Part shown: in pieces, positions 1-10,540 of the stretch
Numbering within the stretch: position 1 is the first letter of the stretch
Layout: each line of letters begins with the position of its first letter
From: Blochmannia endosymbiont of Camponotus modoc
GTDB taxonomy: Bacteria > Pseudomonadota > Gammaproteobacteria > Enterobacterales > Enterobacteriaceae
Length of the DNA stretch: 32,000 nt
Direction of reading: 5' to 3'
Assembly: GCF_023585785.1 (NCBI RefSeq)
Contig: NZ_CP097765.1
Location: 540,001 to 572,000 of the forward strand
Made by a program: the position numbers and the translations under genes
Notes under the pieces: generated by a model
Database searches by the model: none
Seen by the model: only the letters and a program-made list of their open reading frames with translations
What the model was told of the DNA's origin: nothing

Positions 1-437
1 TTTACTTACTATCTCAAGAATTTGAACAAAAAAATAGACCTAATTACATAGAACAGCTTGCTTGTAAGTTAATAAGCACGCAATGGAGATCTGGAAAAAC
101 CATCTTAGTAACTTGCGAAAATAAACATCAAGCTACAAAAATAGACGAAATATTATGGACATTTGATCAAAATTCATTTTTGCCACATAATCTATTTGGA
201 AGAACCATCCATCATGCTCCAATAGTCATATACTGGAGTCAATGTTGCTATGATAATCAACCAAAGGATCTATTAATAAACCTTATGCCAAAAAATATGC
301 ACTTTTTTTTTAATTTTAACGAAATAATAGATTTCGTTCCCATACCTGACATTTTAAAAAAATGGGCAAGATACAGATACCGATCTTATAAAAGAAATGG
401 ATTTCAGATAAACGTTGTTAACACACCAACTGAATGA
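1..437 (+). CDS. holC: DNA polymerase III chi subunit (HolC), 5'-truncated by window edge
   Basis: Frame 3 is open from the window edge to TGA at 435-437. The translation (YLLSQEFEQKNRPNYIEQLACKLISTQWRSGKTILVTCENKHQATKIDEILWTFDQNSFLPHNLFG...DFVPIPD...YRSYKRNGF) is collinear with E. coli HolC (FYLL..RWRSGKRVLIACEDEKQA..DEALW..SFVPHNL..DFVPYED..YKAYRVAGF). Only about 5 N-terminal codons lie outside the window. The stop overlaps the valS start (ATGA), as in the holC-valS arrangement of enterics. Confidence 0.9.
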   Translation, partial: YLLSQEFEQKNRPNYIEQLACKLISTQWRSGKTILVTCENKHQATKIDEILWTFDQNSFLPHNLFGRTIHHAPIVIYWSQCCYDNQPKDLLINLMPKNMHFFFNFNEIIDFVPIPDILKKWARYRYRSYKRNGFQINVVNTPTE

Positions 438-3301
438 GTAATTATATCGTGGAAAAAATATATAATCCTAAAAATATAGAAGAACCAATTTATAAATTTT
501 GGGAAAATGGAGGCTACTTTAGTCCCCATGGAAATACATCTCAGGAAAGTTATTGCATTATGATGCCTCCGCCTAATATTACAGGACAATTACATCTAGG
601 GCATGCATTTCAACAAACTATTATGGATGTTTTGATTCGTTATCAAAGAATGCAAGGTAAGAATACTTTATGGCAAACAGGAACAGATCATGCTGGAATT
701 GCCGCGCAAATGCTAGTGGAACATAAAATTTATAATAATACAGGTAAAACTAGAAATGATTACACAAAAGATGAATTAATAAAAAATATTTGGGCATGGA
801 AAAGTCAATCTGAACAGTTTATTACTTACCAAATGAAACGATTAGGAAACTCAGTAGATTGGAAACGACAGCGTTTCACCATGGATACAGAAATGTCTTA
901 TGCAGTAACAGAAGCTTTTATTCGTTTATATCAAAATAATTTAATTTATAGAGGAAAAAGATTAGTAAACTGGGATTATAAATTACAAACCGCAATTTCT
1001 GATCTAGAAGTTATAAATAAAAAAACAAAAGGTTCTATATGGTATATATATTATAAATTAGATAATTCTACTATCAGTTCGAATTCTAATCATTTAATTG
1101 TCGCAACAACACGACCAGAAACTATATTAGGAGATACTGCCGTTGCAGTGCATCCAGAAGATACTCGCTATAAAAATTTAATCGGACAATACGTTATCGC
1201 GCCCATAACTAATAGACGTATTCCTATTATTTCTGATAAAAATGTAGACATGTTTAAAGGAACTGGTTGTCTTAAGATCACTCCTGCTCATGATTTTAAT
1301 GATTATATTATAGGAAAAAGACACGGCTTGCCTATGATAAACATTTTTTCACTTGATGGTAAAATTCTTAAAAAAATAGAAGTATTTAACAGTTATGGAC
1401 AACTTACCGATCAATTATACTGCAACATTCCCCAAATATTCCATAATCTTGACAGTGATAATGCACGAAAAAAAATAATTTCCGAATGCAATGCACTTAA
1501 ATTGTTACATAATACAGAACCTCACGATTTAACAATTCCATATAGTGATCGCACTGGCACTATAATTGAACCCATGTTAACTGATCAGTGGTACATACGC
1601 GTTAAAAATTTAACACAACACGCGATAAACGCGGTAAATTTAAATATAATTAATTTTGTTCCGAAACAATATAAAAATATGTATTTCAGTTGGATGAACA
1701 ACCTTCAAGATTGGTGCATCTCTCGTCAAATCTGGTGGGGACATAAAATCCCTGCTTGGTATGATGATAACAACACAATATACGTAGGATACTGCGAACA
1801 AGATATCAGAATAAAAAATAAATTAAATAATGATGTAATATTACATAGAGAGAAAGATGTATTAGATACATGGTTTTCTTCAAGTCTTTGGACATTTGCT
1901 GCTTTAGGTTGGCCTAAAAATACCAATTTATTAAATGTATTTCATCCTACTGATATTATAATCAGTGGATTTGACATCATATTTTTTTGGATCGCACGAA
2001 TGATTATGTTAACTATGCATTTCATTAAAAATGATAACGGATCAGCACAAATTCCTTTTAAAACTGTATATATTACTGGCCTTATACGAGACGAATTAGG
2101 TCAAAAAATGTCTAAATCTAAGGGGAATATTATTGATCCAATAGACATAATAGATGGTATTTCAATAGAAAATTTATTAAAAAAACGCACAAAAAACATG
2201 TTACAACCACAATTATCTCAACATATTATAAAATATACTAAAAAACAATTTCCTAATGGAATTAAACCTCACGGAACTGATGCTTTACGATTTACATTAG
2301 TGGCATTAGCATCATCTGGACGTGATATACATTGGGATATGCAACGACTAACAGGTTATCGTAATTTTTGCAATAAATTATGGCATGCTAGTCGCTTTGT
2401 TCTCATGCATACTAAAAATCAAGATTGTGGCATATCTGCCAATGAGAAATCGTTTTCCTTGGCAGATCGTTGGATCATTACAAAATTTCATCAAACAGTA
2501 CAAATTTTTCATAAAAAAATAGAAATTTATCGTTTTGATGAAATAGCCAATATTTTACATGAATTTATTTGGCATCAGTTTTGTGATTGGTATGTAGAAT
2601 TAACAAAACCAATACTTTATCATGGGAATGCATTAGAAGTAAGAGGTACACGTTACACATTAATCACATTACTAGAATCATTACTGCGATTAGCACACCC
2701 AATTATTCCTTTTATTACAGAAAAAATTTGGCAAGAAGTTAAAACAGTTACTGAGAATAATGGAACAACTATCATGTTGCAACCATTTCCAAAATATGAT
2801 GAATCTGTAATTGACATAAAATCCGTAATAGATATTGAATGGATTAAAAACGCCATTATAGCAATACGTACCACTCGCGCAAACATGAATATATCATACA
2901 ACATACCCCTACAAATAGTATTTAGGGATACTTCATTAGAAGTTAAAAAACGCATTACAGAAAATTCCAATATTTTATGTCATATTGCTCAATTAAAAAG
3001 TATCCATTTCATATCAAAAGACATGATCTATCCAAAATCAGTGACAATACTCTTAGATTCATCAGAACTATTAATACGTATACCAGACACGTTTAACAAA
3101 GAAAACGAAATAAATAGATTAAAAAAAGAATCAGAATTAATAAATCGTAAAATTGAAACAATACGCAAACTACTAGATGGTAATAATTTTATGAAGCACG
3201 CGCCAAAATCTGTCATCAAAAACAAACAAGCACTATTAAATTATTATGAACGAATTAAAAATAAATTGATTGATCAATGTGCTATCATGAGGAAACTGTG
3301 A
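434..3301 (+). CDS. valS: valyl-tRNA synthetase
   Basis: 955-aa ORF. It carries the class I HIGH-type motif (PPPNITGQLHLGHAF) and the KMSKS motif (GQKMSKSKGNIIDP). It is collinear with E. coli ValS (951 aa) from MEKTYNP-like N-terminus to the C-terminal coiled coil. Confidence 0.98.
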   Translation: MSNYIVEKIYNPKNIEEPIYKFWENGGYFSPHGNTSQESYCIMMPPPNITGQLHLGHAFQQTIMDVLIRYQRMQGKNTLWQTGTDHAGIAAQMLVEHKIYNNTGKTRNDYTKDELIKNIWAWKSQSEQFITYQMKRLGNSVDWKRQRFTMDTEMSYAVTEAFIRLYQNNLIYRGKRLVNWDYKLQTAISDLEVINKKTKGSIWYIYYKLDNSTISSNSNHLIVATTRPETILGDTAVAVHPEDTRYKNLIGQYVIAPITNRRIPIISDKNVDMFKGTGCLKITPAHDFNDYIIGKRHGLPMINIFSLDGKILKKIEVFNSYGQLTDQLYCNIPQIFHNLDSDNARKKIISECNALKLLHNTEPHDLTIPYSDRTGTIIEPMLTDQWYIRVKNLTQHAINAVNLNIINFVPKQYKNMYFSWMNNLQDWCISRQIWWGHKIPAWYDDNNTIYVGYCEQDIRIKNKLNNDVILHREKDVLDTWFSSSLWTFAALGWPKNTNLLNVFHPTDIIISGFDIIFFWIARMIMLTMHFIKNDNGSAQIPFKTVYITGLIRDELGQKMSKSKGNIIDPIDIIDGISIENLLKKRTKNMLQPQLSQHIIKYTKKQFPNGIKPHGTDALRFTLVALASSGRDIHWDMQRLTGYRNFCNKLWHASRFVLMHTKNQDCGISANEKSFSLADRWIITKFHQTVQIFHKKIEIYRFDEIANILHEFIWHQFCDWYVELTKPILYHGNALEVRGTRYTLITLLESLLRLAHPIIPFITEKIWQEVKTVTENNGTTIMLQPFPKYDESVIDIKSVIDIEWIKNAIIAIRTTRANMNISYNIPLQIVFRDTSLEVKKRITENSNILCHIAQLKSIHFISKDMIYPKSVTILLDSSELLIRIPDTFNKENEINRLKKESELINRKIETIRKLLDGNNFMKHAPKSVIKNKQALLNYYERIKNKLIDQCAIMRKL

Positions 3302-3569
3302 TCATTTTACATAATAATATCCAAAATAAAATAACTTGGAAAATAAAGTTTTTATTCGTATTTTAAGCATTAAAAAATTTAATAATAAATTTATTTCTTT
3401 ATTTTTAATTAATTGTTAAATAATTATCACACTATGTTTCATCAAAATTAATTTCCACACATTTAAAAAATTTAAGTATCATATAATAAATTTTTTTAAA
3501 TGACATTTTTCATTGAAATATAAATAACCACGTTATCTATATAAATATCAACAGATAGGTAAATGTCAT

Positions 3570-4598
3570 ATGAATCAATTATATAAACGGTCTTTTTTAC
3601 GATTAATAGATTTCACTATAAATGAAATTAATTATCTATTACAATTATCCAGTTATTTAAAATACAAAAAAAATACACATACTGAAATTAAAAAATTAAA
3701 CGGAAAAAACATTGTACTCATCTTTGAAAACCATTCAACTAGAACAAGATGTGCTTTTGAAGTAGCAGCATTTGATCAAGGCGCGTGTGTAACCTGCTTG
3801 ACTCCAAATATTAGTCAAATTGGGCATAAAGAATCTATTAAAGATACTGCTAAAATATTAGGAAGGATGTATCATGGGATTCAATATCGTGGTTACAGTC
3901 AAGATACAGTTACTACATTTGCACAATATTCTGGAGTACCAGTATGGAATGGACTTACTGTAAAATTTCATCCAACACAATTACTTGCCGATCTTATGAC
4001 CATGAAAGAACAACTACCACATAAAATGTTTCATCAAATGAAATTAGCCTATATAGGAGATGCAAAAAACAACATCAGTAATTCTTTGTTAGAAGCTGCC
4101 GCAATAATGGGATTTGATTTAAGATTAGTGTCACCTAAAATATTTTGGCCAGCACAAGAACTATTTCTAAATTGTCAAAATATTGCACAAAATAATAATG
4201 GAAATATCACACTTACTGAAGATATCCCTACCGGAATAAAGGACGTAGATTTTCTATACACTGATGTATGGGTATCTATGGGAGAAAATGAAAAAGTATG
4301 GAAAGAACGTATTTCTTTATTATCTCCGTATCAAGTAAATCATCGTATGATCCAAAACACCAATAATCCAAATGTAAAATTTTTACATTGTTTACCGGCA
4401 TTACACAACAATGAAACCACTATTGGTAAAAAAATAGCACGACAATATAATTTAAAAAATGGAATAGAAGTAACAAATGACATATTCGAATCTCCGTATA
4501 GTGTAGTGTTTGATCAAGCCGAAAACCGTTTGCATACTGTCAAAGCTCTGATTCTGGCAACATTACTTCCTCCTGATTCCGCTAATTTTAATCAATAG
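3570..4598 (+). CDS. argI: ornithine carbamoyltransferase
   Basis: 342 aa. It has the carbamoyl-phosphate motif [12 protein letters not shown] plus [10 protein letters not shown] and FLHCLPA motifs. It is near-collinear with E. coli ArgI (e.g. [32 protein letters not shown]). Confidence 0.97.
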   Translation: MNQLYKRSFLRLIDFTINEINYLLQLSSYLKYKKNTHTEIKKLNGKNIVLIFENHSTRTRCAFEVAAFDQGACVTCLTPNISQIGHKESIKDTAKILGRMYHGIQYRGYSQDTVTTFAQYSGVPVWNGLTVKFHPTQLLADLMTMKEQLPHKMFHQMKLAYIGDAKNNISNSLLEAAAIMGFDLRLVSPKIFWPAQELFLNCQNIAQNNNGNITLTEDIPTGIKDVDFLYTDVWVSMGENEKVWKERISLLSPYQVNHRMIQNTNNPNVKFLHCLPALHNNETTIGKKIARQYNLKNGIEVTNDIFESPYSVVFDQAENRLHTVKALILATLLPPDSANFNQ

Positions 4599-4689
4599 TA
4601 ATAGAATAGGAATAGGCTTTATTATATTTTTATATAAATACTAAAATTTAATACCTTATTTTTTAACGCAATTCATTAGGATAAATTAT

Positions 4690-5091
4690 ATGCTTCACGT
4701 TATCAGTACAAAAAAATCCCCCATGCCTCTTGGACCTTATGTACAGGCGATAGACATAGGAGGCATAACATTTGTATCTGGGCAAATAGGAATGCTCCCA
4801 GATACAAATGTTATGCCTGACAACATTTACGATCAAACGTATCAATCACTAGAAAATATCAAAAACATCATAGAAACAGCTGGTCTACAAATCAATAATA
4901 TTATTAAAACTACATTATTCATTATTGATATCAATGATTTACCTACTATAAATGTTAGCTATATGAAATTTTTTCATTCATCTTCTTTGTATAAAGATAT
5001 AATTTTACCAACACGTTCCTGTGTAGAGGTTTCTAGATTACCAAAAAATGCTAAAATAGAAATCGAAGCTATTGCTACACGTATTTTATAA
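4690..5091 (+). CDS. ridA: RidA/YjgF-family enamine/imine deaminase
   Basis: 133 aa. PLGPYVQA...SGQI and the C-terminal RSCVEVSRLPKNAKIEIEAIA match E. coli RidA (ARSCVEVARLPKDVKIEIEAIA). A GGA Shine-Dalgarno-like triplet lies 9 nt upstream of the ATG. Confidence 0.93.
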   Translation: MLHVISTKKSPMPLGPYVQAIDIGGITFVSGQIGMLPDTNVMPDNIYDQTYQSLENIKNIIETAGLQINNIIKTTLFIIDINDLPTINVSYMKFFHSSSLYKDIILPTRSCVEVSRLPKNAKIEIEAIATRIL

Positions 5092-5409
5092 ATTTAATAA
5101 TAATCGTGAAAATAAAACACTAATACACAACAAACGAAAAATTATTTCGAATAATCCATATATAAACATGATCCCACTGTTATTTATTAAAATAGAAAGT
5201 ATATGAATAAATAAAATACACGCAAAAAAAACCATATCGTGTCTCTATTTATTTATATAAAACAATAACATCATAATCCTAATATGACTAAAATTTTTTC
5301 ATCATTATTGCATACATACTTTTTCTCTTTCAAAAAGAAATGTCTAATAATACCAAATGCTGTAAATCTTATTTTTGCAATAATTACGAATAATGAACAT
5401 ATAATTTTA

Positions 5410-6702
5410 TTATTTATTAGATAACATCTCTGATTCATATATCAAAGCTTGTTCTGTATCATATTGATTCTCCCACTTTGCAATTACTAATACCGCTAAA
5501 GCATTGCCTATAACATTTAACGCTGTACGACCCATGTCTAAAACCCTATCCACCCCTGCTATAAACGCTAACCCCTCCAATGGAATACCTACACTACCTA
5601 ATGTAGCTAACAACACTACAAAGGAAACTCCTGGAACGCCAGCGATACCTTTAGAAGTAATCATTAAAGTCAATACTAAAATAATTTCCTGACTTAAAGA
5701 TAATTCAATACCATATAATTGCGCAATGAAAATAGCAGCAATACTTTGATATAAAGTTGATCCATCTAAATTAAAAGAATAACCAGTAGGTACTACGAAT
5801 CCAGTGATAGTTGACGGAGCTCCATAAGCTTCCATTTTTTCTATAATACGTGGCAATACAGTCTCTGAACTAGCAGTAGAAAAAGATAAAATCAATTCTT
5901 CTTTTAAAATACAAATTAATTTCCAAATTCTAAGATTGCATATACGTGCCACTATACCTAATACCACTAATGCAAAAAAAACAATAGCACCATAAACTAA
6001 TAATACAAGTTTAGTAAGAGGCAACAAAGAACTAAATCCAAAAGTCGCAACTGTAACTGAAATTAAAGCAAACACCCCAATAGGAGCATAACGCATCACT
6101 ATATGTGTTACTTCGAACATAGTATCCGCTACAGAATTAAAAATGTCCAATAATGGAGTTTTAGTTTTTTCTGGTAATGTAGCTAATCCAAGCCCAAAAA
6201 TTACCGAGAAAAAAATAACTGGTAACATATCTCCTTTAGCCATAGAATTAATAATATTCGAAGGAATCAACGATAACATAGTATTTACTAAGTTTGACTG
6301 TATTTCAGATGTAGTTTGCTCGTACATTGAAATATCCGTTTTCGAAAGAAGAGACATGTCAATTCCATAACCAGGATGTAACAAATTAGCAAAAGCTACA
6401 CCGAGTACTATAGCAAGTGTTGTAATAATTTCGAAATAAATAATAGTCTTCAAACCAATACTTCCCAATTTTCTTGCATCTCCAATACCAGCGATTCCAA
6501 CCACCAATGTAGCCATTACAATGGGAACCACGATCATTTTTATCATACGAATAAAAATTTCTCCAGCTGGAGAAAGAAATGTCGTGATCATCCAATCTTT
6601 TAATTCTATTTGATTATGTAATACAATTCCTAAAACAATACCCAAGTTTAAAGCAAAAAAAATTTTCCAAGCAAGGGTAATTTTAAACTTTCTAATCATC
6701 AT
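5410..6702 (-). CDS. gltP: glutamate/aspartate:proton symporter (DAACS family)
   Basis: 430 aa, collinear with E. coli GltP (437 aa). Shared segments include LSPAGEIFIRMIKMIVVPIV, ASSETVLPRIIEKMEAYGAP, VVPTGYSFNLDGSTLYQSIAAIFIAQLYG and IAGVDR.LDM.RTALNV.GNALAVLVIAKWE. SD AAGGGG lies 5 nt upstream of the tandem ATG ATG. Confidence 0.96.
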   Translation of the reverse strand: MMIRKFKITLAWKIFFALNLGIVLGIVLHNQIELKDWMITTFLSPAGEIFIRMIKMIVVPIVMATLVVGIAGIGDARKLGSIGLKTIIYFEIITTLAIVLGVAFANLLHPGYGIDMSLLSKTDISMYEQTTSEIQSNLVNTMLSLIPSNIINSMAKGDMLPVIFFSVIFGLGLATLPEKTKTPLLDIFNSVADTMFEVTHIVMRYAPIGVFALISVTVATFGFSSLLPLTKLVLLVYGAIVFFALVVLGIVARICNLRIWKLICILKEELILSFSTASSETVLPRIIEKMEAYGAPSTITGFVVPTGYSFNLDGSTLYQSIAAIFIAQLYGIELSLSQEIILVLTLMITSKGIAGVPGVSFVVLLATLGSVGIPLEGLAFIAGVDRVLDMGRTALNVIGNALAVLVIAKWENQYDTEQALIYESEMLSNK

Positions 6703-6926
6703 AGTTACCCCTTAAATTAAAACGAGTTATTTTTTATTTCACATCAATCCGGAATCAATTATATCAACTGATTTAAACAATTTTCTTCTAAAAAATCCCT
6801 ATTAAATAACACAAACGCACTCTAAGAAACTACTAATTAAAATATAAATTAATTTGTAGAAAATTTCTTAACCTTCATATCAAAAAAGTCGCATAATCCA
6901 TAAATTATTTATTAAACACAATCACT

Positions 6927-6971
6927 TGAAAAAACAAAAACTCAACGCAACATCTTTTTATGTGCATTGAG
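6927..6971 (-). terminator. Rho-independent terminator (minus strand)
   Basis: The minus strand reads CTCAATGCA-(13-nt loop CATAAAAAGATGT)-TGCGTTGAG followed directly by TTTTTGTTTTTTC. The 9-bp stem pairs completely on the minus-strand RNA (one G.U wobble) but has a C/A mismatch on the plus-strand RNA. That asymmetry argues for minus-strand function. It lies 428 nt downstream of the yjcE stop and 225 nt upstream of the gltP start. Confidence 0.55.
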
Positions 6972-7398
6972 TAATATATACACTTAACACCTAAAATTAC
7001 ATACTAATTATTTACAAAAACTTGTAACTAGAAGCAAGAATACTAACATTAATATCCATAACTTCCAAAATAGAGACATACCCTTAACGATTCTTAAACG
7101 ACCTTCTCAAAGGATAAGGTTATCCGTCATTTAAGTCAACTGTTTGCATAATTAAATATTCATAAAAAATTTAATTTTTATTAACAAATCATACCTTGTG
7201 TCAATACATAACAGCCATAATAACAATGATGTATTTATATAATATATGTGATCGCGCTTTACTTTTACTATATCAAAAACTATGACAATAGAATATACGT
7301 GATCTTTATATCAATTCTTGTTAATTCTGTAAAATTTCTCAACATTAATGATATAAATATTTATAAAATTGCAATCACCCTTATTAAATAAGGTAATA

Positions 7399-9042
7399 TT
7401 ATTCATTCTCGGCTAATAAAGCTTCTAAAAAATCTAAATCGCGTAATAATTTAGTTAACGTTTCATTACTAATCTTTTGTTGCGCACGTAAATGATAATA
7501 TTCTCCTCGTTCAGCACGTAATGCGTTTAACCTCATCCGTCTCTCTAACTCTTCAGTTAACATAGAATTTACGTCATTATTTCCGTCTATACGACGACGT
7601 AAATTGCCTATAACACGCGCGCTTACCTCATTAATAATTTGACTATCAATATTTTCTTCTTGGCTATGCATTAACCGTTCTTCCAGTTTATATAAACTTT
7701 CAATAGCTACTTCTGCTGCTATAGCCCGTGCCATACGCTCTTCTTTTCGTTGTAATAATTTATCAGATACTATAATTCCTTGCAACAGCCACGGAAGAAC
7801 AATTACACCACATAATAAAGAGAATAAAATAACACCAGTAGCAATAAAAACTAATTGGTAACGAAACGGAAAAGCTGATCCATCTCTTAAAAAAAGCGGT
7901 ATTGAAAGTACTCCTGCTAATGTAATAGCACCACGTACTCCAGCAAAAGAAGCAATTAAAATTTCTCGTACACTATATTCGCTAAATACCATTGGACGTT
8001 TAGTCATACAATATAAACTTATATTTTTCATTAACCACAACCATCCAAATCTAAGTATCATTAACGCGAAATAAATAAGAATTACGTATACAAATAACAT
8101 CCATGTTTTAGTAGTTGGATCCATTGCTGCTTGTGAAATAGAGGTCGATAAAATATCTGGTAATTGCAATCCCAGCATAATAAACACCATACCATTAAAC
8201 ACAAACTCTAACATTGTCCAAACACTATTCCCCCTCAAACGCATAGCTAACGGGGCATTGCGGATTATTCCTGATTGGCCAATAGTCATGCCCGAAGCAA
8301 CTGACGATAATATCCCAGATACTCCAATATGCTCAGCAACTAAATATGCCGCAAAAGGTAACAATAAGAGAAGTATTGTTTGAGTAGCAGGATCACCACC
8401 ACTCCAATGAGTGATAAACCTTAATGATTTACTATATCCCCAAGTAACAGCTATCCCTATCAATAAACCACCCATAGATACTTTGATAAATTCTATAGAG
8501 GCTCCGCTCACACTGAAAACCATAGTGCCCATAGCTACTGAAATAGCAAATTTAAGAGATACTAATCCTGACGCATCATTCATCAAAGCTTCTCCTTGAA
8601 GGATGTCCATAAGCTTTTTAGAAATACGTCCCTCTCCTACAATACCTGAAAGCGCTACTGCGTCAGTTGGGGATAAAACCGCTGCCAATGCTAATGCTGC
8701 TACAAGAGGCATGTCTGGTATCATCCAATGAATTAAATATCCAATACCAACCACAGTAATAATCACCAACACCAATGCTAATATAACAATTTCGCCTCCA
8801 TGACGTAAAAACTCACGCATTGGAGTTTTCCAACCATCAGAAAATAATAACGGGGGGATAAAAAGCAACAAAAATAGCTCAGGATTAAAATCTACATGTA
8901 ATCCAAATCTAGGCCAAGCTAATAAAGCCCCTAATACAATTTGCATTAGAGGCAATGGCATTTGAAATGGCAAAATTCGTGTTATAACTCCTGAAACAGA
9001 GACAGCTAAAGTAAGAATAAGAATCGTAAAAAAAATCTCCAT
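7399..9042 (-). CDS. yjcE: CPA1-family Na+/H+ (cation/proton) antiporter, YjcE ortholog
   Basis: 547 aa. The N-terminus MEIFFTILILTLAVSVSGVITRILPFQMPLPLMQIVLGALLAWP is nearly identical to E. coli YjcE (549 aa). It stays collinear through LSPTDAVALSGIVGEGRI, LQGEALMNDASGLVSLKFA and the C-terminal ...LRAQQKISNETLTKLLRDLDFLEALL. Confidence 0.95.
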   Translation of the reverse strand: MEIFFTILILTLAVSVSGVITRILPFQMPLPLMQIVLGALLAWPRFGLHVDFNPELFLLLFIPPLLFSDGWKTPMREFLRHGGEIVILALVLVIITVVGIGYLIHWMIPDMPLVAALALAAVLSPTDAVALSGIVGEGRISKKLMDILQGEALMNDASGLVSLKFAISVAMGTMVFSVSGASIEFIKVSMGGLLIGIAVTWGYSKSLRFITHWSGGDPATQTILLLLLPFAAYLVAEHIGVSGILSSVASGMTIGQSGIIRNAPLAMRLRGNSVWTMLEFVFNGMVFIMLGLQLPDILSTSISQAAMDPTTKTWMLFVYVILIYFALMILRFGWLWLMKNISLYCMTKRPMVFSEYSVREILIASFAGVRGAITLAGVLSIPLFLRDGSAFPFRYQLVFIATGVILFSLLCGVIVLPWLLQGIIVSDKLLQRKEERMARAIAAEVAIESLYKLEERLMHSQEENIDSQIINEVSARVIGNLRRRIDGNNDVNSMLTEELERRMRLNALRAERGEYYHLRAQQKISNETLTKLLRDLDFLEALLAENE

Positions 9043-9282
9043 ACTTTAAATCTCAATCGTATCCAAAAATAAATATTTTTCTACAAATATAGTACTTAGT
9101 TTTTATATTTACTTCATATTGTGTATATGCATGGAATACTACACAAAGTAGTAAACAAGTGATAAAATTTTTATATACATATATGAATATGTGCGAGCTT
9201 TAATTATACACTACTTATAAGAAATGAAATATTTTTATATTTACTCTAAACAATATAAATTTTATGATTTGTTATTGAAGTA

Positions 9283-9331
9283 TAATCGGTATAGTACACA
9301 CGTCTGAATCATGCGCATACTATACCGATTA
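9283..9331. repeat. 14-bp perfect inverted repeat (stem-loop), function unknown; possible ssb terminator
   Basis: TAATCGGTATAGTA (9283-9296) and TACTATACCGATTA (9318-9331) are exact reverse complements, separated by a 21-nt loop containing TGCGCA. No U-tract follows on either strand. It lies in the 563-bp ssb/yjcE spacer. Confidence 0.5.
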
Positions 9332-9605
9332 CAATACCTTAAGCGTGCATGTTGCAAATAGGTTTAGGAAAACATTTAACAAGCTTTAATATGATTACAT
9401 GATTAAATAGCAACAAGAACATAGACACATATTTGATTAGATTTTATGTTTAAAAACATAACAACAATATCAAATTTTTAGTATACTATGCATGTTGTGT
9501 TTATAGGTGTATATGAACGTAAAAAATAATTATTGAAAATCCAACCTATATACGCCTATGCAATAATAAAAAATGACTCATTAATTGTTAATACATCCAA
9601 ACCGT

Positions 9606-10079
9606 CTAAAAAGGAATATCCTCGTCATCGAAATTAACATCAGATGAGTCACCCGATACATCATTCGATGTAGTTTTATCGCCGCTATTCATTACATTCT
9701 GATTATCTAACGATACATTTTCTCCTGAATGACGACTACCCAGCATTTGCATTGCGCCCCCGATGTTAACAATAATTTCAGTAATATACCGATCTTGTCC
9801 ATTTTGATTTTGCCACTTTCTAGTTTTTAACGATCCTTCAATATATACCTGAGAACCTTTATGCAAATATTCTGATGCAATTTCTGCTAATTTCCCAAAT
9901 AATACCACACGATGCCACTCAGTTTTTTCTTTAAATTCATTAGTTTGTTTATCTTTCCAGGATTCAGTAGTAGCTACTGAAATATTAGTAACCATACTGC
10001 CACTAGACATATAACGAACCTCTGGTTCTTGACCGAGATACCCTATTAAAATAACTTTATTAATTCCCCTATTAGCCAC
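9606..10079 (-). CDS. ssb: single-stranded DNA-binding protein
   Basis: 157 aa. (M)[23 protein letters not shown]...[35 protein letters not shown] matches E. coli SSB. The acidic C-terminal tip FDDEDIPF is present. The start is GTG, preceded by GGAGGA. Confidence 0.97.
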   Translation of the reverse strand: MANRGINKVILIGYLGQEPEVRYMSSGSMVTNISVATTESWKDKQTNEFKEKTEWHRVVLFGKLAEIASEYLHKGSQVYIEGSLKTRKWQNQNGQDRYITEIIVNIGGAMQMLGSRHSGENVSLDNQNVMNSGDKTTSNDVSGDSSDVNFDDEDIPF

Positions 10080-10540
10080 AACTCCTCCATTAATTACATC
10101 GTATGATATTTTTTTTAATATTTTATTAACGTAACCATTCTATTTCCGTGTAATAAACCCGCATATTTAATATACTTAAATAAAGATCAATATTATTAAC
10201 TAACATTTTTATAAAAAACCCATGCAATAAAATATATTATATTAAAAATCAGTATTCTTCGCTTAACGCCACACTATTTTAGTAAAAATAATTTAAAATT
10301 ATTTGATGTATTTTATGAATAAATATAAATTACATTTACACTAAATATATAATAGTAAATTTCAAATAACAATTCACTCCATTTTTTATACTCATTGCAG
10401 TATAAAACGTAATAAAAATAATATATATACAGTATGCTTCATTTTTTATAAAACAGATACCAAAATTTTATCATAGAATAAAATACATAAATTATTTCAT
10501 ATGAAAATATCTATAACTGATCCACATCATTAATAAAATA

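Noticed and set aside
404-589. 61-aa minus-strand ORF, and similar short ORFs nested in or antisense to real genes (1726-1926, 2653-2970, 3028-3225, 4663-4845, 5504-5692, 6143-6370, 6386-6595, 8411-8599, 14801-15007, 20818-21000, 22439-22624, 24028-24243, 28765-28956)
   Set aside because: All lie entirely or largely within strongly supported conserved genes, in another frame or on the other strand. Their translations are low-complexity with no recognisable motif, and they have no plausible SD. They are typical spurious ORFs.
3499-3514. Palindrome AATGA-N6-TCATT upstream of argI as a possible ArgR ARG box
   Set aside because: The half-sites (AATGA/TCATT) do not match the ARG-box half-sites (TGAAT/ATTCA). 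There is only a single copy where ArgR operators are normally tandem. Presence of argR in this genome is unknown.
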